Shown: in pieces, positions 31,920-34,844 of the stretch
Position numbering within the stretch: position 1 is the stretch's first letter
How the letters are laid out: each line of letters begins with the position of its first letter
DNA from: Clostridiales bacterium
Lineage (GTDB): Bacteria; Bacillota; Clostridia; Oscillospirales; Ruminococcaceae
Length of the DNA stretch: 34,844 nucleotides
Direction: 5' to 3'
Assembly: GCA_029007575.1 (NCBI GenBank)
Contig: JAQXIB010000148.1
Coordinates: 1-34,844 of the forward strand
Notes under the pieces: generated by a model
The model's database searches: none
What the model was told of the DNA's origin: nothing
Seen by the model: the letters and a program-made list of their open reading frames with translations, nothing else
Translations under genes and position numbers: made by a program

Positions 31920-34375
31920 TCGTTATAGCCCCTCCTTTTTCTTCCGATTAAACAGGCAAATGACGCCATAGAAAGTAAAGCTAAAACAGGTAATACGGTG
32001 CGATCGCCTGTTTGGGGCAAATCGTTATCCTTATTCTCCGTCTGTGTATTGTCATCAGCTTCATCATTAGGTGTATCGGGATTTTGGGGCTGATCCTGAT
32101 CTTCCTTTGGATATCCTATCTCATTATCCCCGTTTTCCGTCACAATCAGTCCAGGCAGTATATCGCCCTCGTTTAGAGCATATATGGCATCTAAATAAAG
32201 CGGTTCCGCTGTAATTTGAGAGAGCGTCAGATCCCACACGCTCAGCAAGGTAGAGAGATCCAGTTGTTCAATGCTGATACTATCTTGCAATTGGAAGTTC
32301 TGCGTATCCAGTTTAATCCAACCGGAGAAGCCATATGGTAGATACACCATATCCTTTTTAGTCAGTGCATCAACCCATTTCGAGCCGCCATCCTTAAACA
32401 GTTCCGCTTGATTACTGAAAAATCCTCCGTTATTTCTCCAATATCCGTTTTTCCCGTCGGAGAGCTTAGAACGAAGTCCCAGACTAATCCCAAAATATTT
32501 GGTGCCGTCAAGCCCTACATATGTATCTGATTTTGAAGATGGCATCCCAGGCACGCTAATATGCAAGGCAATATACCGTTTGCCCTTTACAGCATTAAGC
32601 GCAGAATCATTAAAGTTACCTACTACATTAGCCTCTAATATTAAAGGATAGTCCTCATTGTTGGCAAACACTTTGCAACTATGTTTGCCGTTTGCAACCT
32701 GTTCATCAGAAATCACGGTTGATACGCTACCAACCAATGGCGTGTTTTCTACTGCCCACAAAATCTGTGAATTTTTGTTGGTTTCATAATTCAAATCTGT
32801 TCCCACTTTGCCGGCAGTTTCAAAATCCTGAATCATTCCGGCGGCATTGGTTTCTGCTTTGTTGTAACCAATGGTATCGTTTCCGCCCTCGGTGAAAGTT
32901 AACCCGGGAACCTTATCAATGGAATCTGCAGCATATACAGAATCAATATACACTTTACCAAGCGCATTGCTCACATTGCTAAGCGCAATATCAAAGTTAT
33001 CTCGCAACGCAGTTTTATCCATAGAAATCTTTGTGTCAGAGTACATGAGAATAAAATCATCCATATTAAAGCGCACCCAACCGGTAAATCCGTAAGGAAT
33101 CTCGGCATGATAACCGTTTGTGATCCCCCTGACCCATTTCGAGCCGCCGTCCTTGAGCAGTTCTATCTTGTCACCATTGGTGCCGCCATCAATAGCAAAA
33201 TACTGTGTTTTATCTTCTGCATCTGCAGTTTTCATTGTCAGAGACAACGAATAATTTCGGGCATAGAACTCTTCAAAAAAACCATCGGGATCTTCCGGAA
33301 TAGCTACATGAAACAAGATGTACTGTTTCTCACCTACTCCAGCAGGGTCATTTACCTTTAGAACCGCAGAAGGCGAATAGGTTCCATCATCCTCTGCATC
33401 CTTTACCGATACAGCACAGGAATTGCCCGAAACAGCCTTTTGATCAGAAACGGTCACAATCACATTACCGGATGCTCCGTCTACGCCCCAGAAAGACTGT
33501 GCATTCTCGTTTCCTGCCAGATTATCGCCAACGCTACCGTTGGAATCGAAGTCGGCAATCAGCAAGCCGTCATGATCTACCGGCACCCCCGGAACTTTTC
33601 CAGTTAAGCCTATCAGCGTATCACCCTCGTTAACCGCAGACATATCACCTAATAAAATAGGATAGCCTTTATAGACTTGCGTTAAATCTAAAGCAAAGCA
33701 ATCAATTAAGTCACCCATATTGATGCGATCCGTGTCTTTTCCCCAAACCTTGCGTAAATCTGCGGTCTCTATTTTAACCCAGCCGTCAAAACCATACGGC
33801 AATAAAACATATTGCCCGTTGGTGGTAGCTTTTTCAGCCGTTCCATTTGCCGTAACCAAAGAAGCTCGTTTTTCAAATCGATTCGCGACAAATTCCGAAT
33901 CATCCTGATTGGTAGAGGAAAAAATATAAAACCATCCACCATCTGATGTACGAATAATCGGTGCAAAGCCAAAGCAGGCGTTACCTTCTTGGTCTACAAT
34001 ATCTGTCCTGCGTTCTGATGCAGGTACCTCTGGAACCGTCACATGAAACATAATTGCACTTTTGGAAGCCGTTTCCTTATTGAGATTCGTCATGGAATCC
34101 GAGGCATAGGCGGCATACCGCACAGTAAAGGATGTCTTAACCTTAAATGTATCTCCGCTGGCTTGCAAAGCGCAAGCGCCATTGTCCAAGCTAACATCCA
34201 CACCGTTTTCCACGCCCCAGAACATTGAATCCTTGTAGCTGGTATTCTCTGCCGCCGCATCAAAACTTTGCATAGAAACTGCCTGTCCTTCTGCCGCCAA
34301 AACAACACCGGACAGCGAGTGAACCATGCTTAACACCAATGCCGCTGCAAGACCGACCGATAGAAATTTTTTCAT
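31916..34375 (-). CDS. Sortase-anchored (LPXTG) surface protein with three tandem ~250-aa modules of unknown family; candidate glycan-capture protein
   Basis: The signal peptide is MKKFLSVGLAAALVLSMVHSLSGVVLAAEG. Three repeats each carry FWGV(E/D) or LWAVE, HV(T/A)(V/I)P or HISVP, and PYGF(D/T/S)GW(V/I)(K/R). A D/N/Q/P/T-rich linker follows, then LPQTG (nt 32006-32020), a TM helix and an RKRR tail. Confidence 0.75.
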   Translation of the reverse strand: MKKFLSVGLAAALVLSMVHSLSGVVLAAEGQAVSMQSFDAAAENTSYKDSMFWGVENGVDVSLDNGACALQASGDTFKVKTSFTVRYAAYASDSMTNLNKETASKSAIMFHVTVPEVPASERRTDIVDQEGNACFGFAPIIRTSDGGWFYIFSSTNQDDSEFVANRFEKRASLVTANGTAEKATTNGQYVLLPYGFDGWVKIETADLRKVWGKDTDRINMGDLIDCFALDLTQVYKGYPILLGDMSAVNEGDTLIGLTGKVPGVPVDHDGLLIADFDSNGSVGDNLAGNENAQSFWGVDGASGNVIVTVSDQKAVSGNSCAVSVKDAEDDGTYSPSAVLKVNDPAGVGEKQYILFHVAIPEDPDGFFEEFYARNYSLSLTMKTADAEDKTQYFAIDGGTNGDKIELLKDGGSKWVRGITNGYHAEIPYGFTGWVRFNMDDFILMYSDTKISMDKTALRDNFDIALSNVSNALGKVYIDSVYAADSIDKVPGLTFTEGGNDTIGYNKAETNAAGMIQDFETAGKVGTDLNYETNKNSQILWAVENTPLVGSVSTVISDEQVANGKHSCKVFANNEDYPLILEANVVGNFNDSALNAVKGKRYIALHISVPGMPSSKSDTYVGLDGTKYFGISLGLRSKLSDGKNGYWRNNGGFFSNQAELFKDGGSKWVDALTKKDMVYLPYGFSGWIKLDTQNFQLQDSISIEQLDLSTLLSVWDLTLSQITAEPLYLDAIYALNEGDILPGLIVTENGDNEIGYPKEDQDQPQNPDTPNDEADDNTQTENKDNDLPQTGDRTVLPVLALLSMASFACLIGRKRRGYNE

Positions 34376-34415
34376 TATTAATACCCCTTTCTATATATCC
34401 ATGGCTACTGATTTA

Positions 34416-34445
34416 AGTATACCATTTATCCGAATTGACAGTCTA
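34416..34445 (-). promoter_or_regulatory. Candidate sigma-A promoter of the glycan locus
   Basis: On the minus strand, TAGACT (34445-34440) is followed by an 18-nt spacer and TGgTATACT, an extended -10 whose hexamer is at 34421-34416. This lies ~40 nt upstream of the SD AAAGGGG and the ATG at 34375. A direct repeat TTATGT(A/G), with 10-bp period, lies at 34501-34517. Confidence 0.3.
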
Positions 34446-34660
34446 CACAATATTTTTGTTTTTCTTCTCATATTTTATAATAATGTGTTTAAATCGTTCT
34501 TTATGTATCCTTATGTGGCTCAGTAAGCAATGACAGCGTCTTGTGATTCAAATATAATATGGACAAAACACCTATACTGAAATGGGTCAATTAACATAAG
34601 AGTTAAGTAACCGCACCAATACCTTTTTACCTAAGCAAGTACCATCGGCTGTTTTCTTCG

Positions 34661-34844
34661 CTATAAAATTATTCTTCCGAAAAATTGCGGTAAATGAAAA
34701 TCGGGGAACTCGTTATTAATCGGATTCCACATCCCGAAGTGTGGGTGCTTCGTTTTATCTCCGCATTTGTAAAAGTTACCGCGCAGCTCTGTAATGATTT
34801 TCTTTTTGTTGTAGACCTCCCAAAAAAAATCAAACGGAACGGCA
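34661..34844 (-). CDS. Partial CDS (C-terminal 60 codons; runs off the window), possibly a CBM9-like sugar-binding protein
   Basis: The minus-strand frame reads ...AVPFDFFWEVYNKKKIITELRGNFYKCGDKTKHPHFGMWNPINNEFPDFHLPQFFGRIIL, with a TAG stop at 34661-34663. It is open to the window edge and is not in the ORF track. The CGD...H...W.P...PDFH.P..FG ending resembles, from memory, carbohydrate-binding family-9-like proteins. Confidence 0.4.
   Translation of the reverse strand, partial: AVPFDFFWEVYNKKKIITELRGNFYKCGDKTKHPHFGMWNPINNEFPDFHLPQFFGRIIL

Noticed and set aside
34560-34660. Terminator downstream of the partial CDS at the right edge
   Set aside because: The best stem (cttaggtaa/ttacttaac with a G-U pair and a 16-nt loop) is AT-rich and is not followed by a U-run.

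Overview
No database or HMM search was possible. All family calls come from reading motifs in the supplied translations, and all coordinates and repeats were checked by eye. The window has two very different parts, and SD usage, lipoboxes and an LPXTG motif point to a low-GC Gram-positive (Clostridia-like) host. Part 1 (nt 1 to ~6600) is a decayed, mosaic end of an integrative ICE/IME-like element. It holds a 5'-truncated tRNA-Asn, a large serine recombinase bracketed by imperfect ~37-bp inverted repeats, and a KilA-N gene behind a perfect 34-bp palindrome. It also holds a chimeric MntA/HepT ORF, a small TnpW-like gene with a duplicated 3' scar, and a ~330-nt ORF-free GC-elevated stretch. The rest is a sigma-70 region-4 regulator with a 15-bp SD-occluding hairpin, an orphan ORF, a Maa/LacA-type acetyltransferase and a DDE transposase fragment. 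Part 2 (nt 6590-34375) is one co-directional, minus-strand, 17-gene glycan-utilisation locus. It encodes an LPXTG surface protein with three tandem uncharacterised modules and two ATPase-less CUT1-type ABC importers, one of which has a ~950-aa binding protein with two CBM-like modules. It also encodes an NHL-propeller/TPR membrane protein, a Yip1-type membrane protein, a large DUF5696-like exported protein, and GH2 beta-galactosidase, GH20-like and GH123/DUF4091-like enzymes. An embedded AraC regulator and three paralogues of a DUF4874/DUF4832-type putative glycosidase complete it. The best candidate for an undescribed system is the exported, membrane-associated part of this locus. Every recognisable glycoside hydrolase there looks cytoplasmic, while every predicted surface component belongs to an uncharacterised family.
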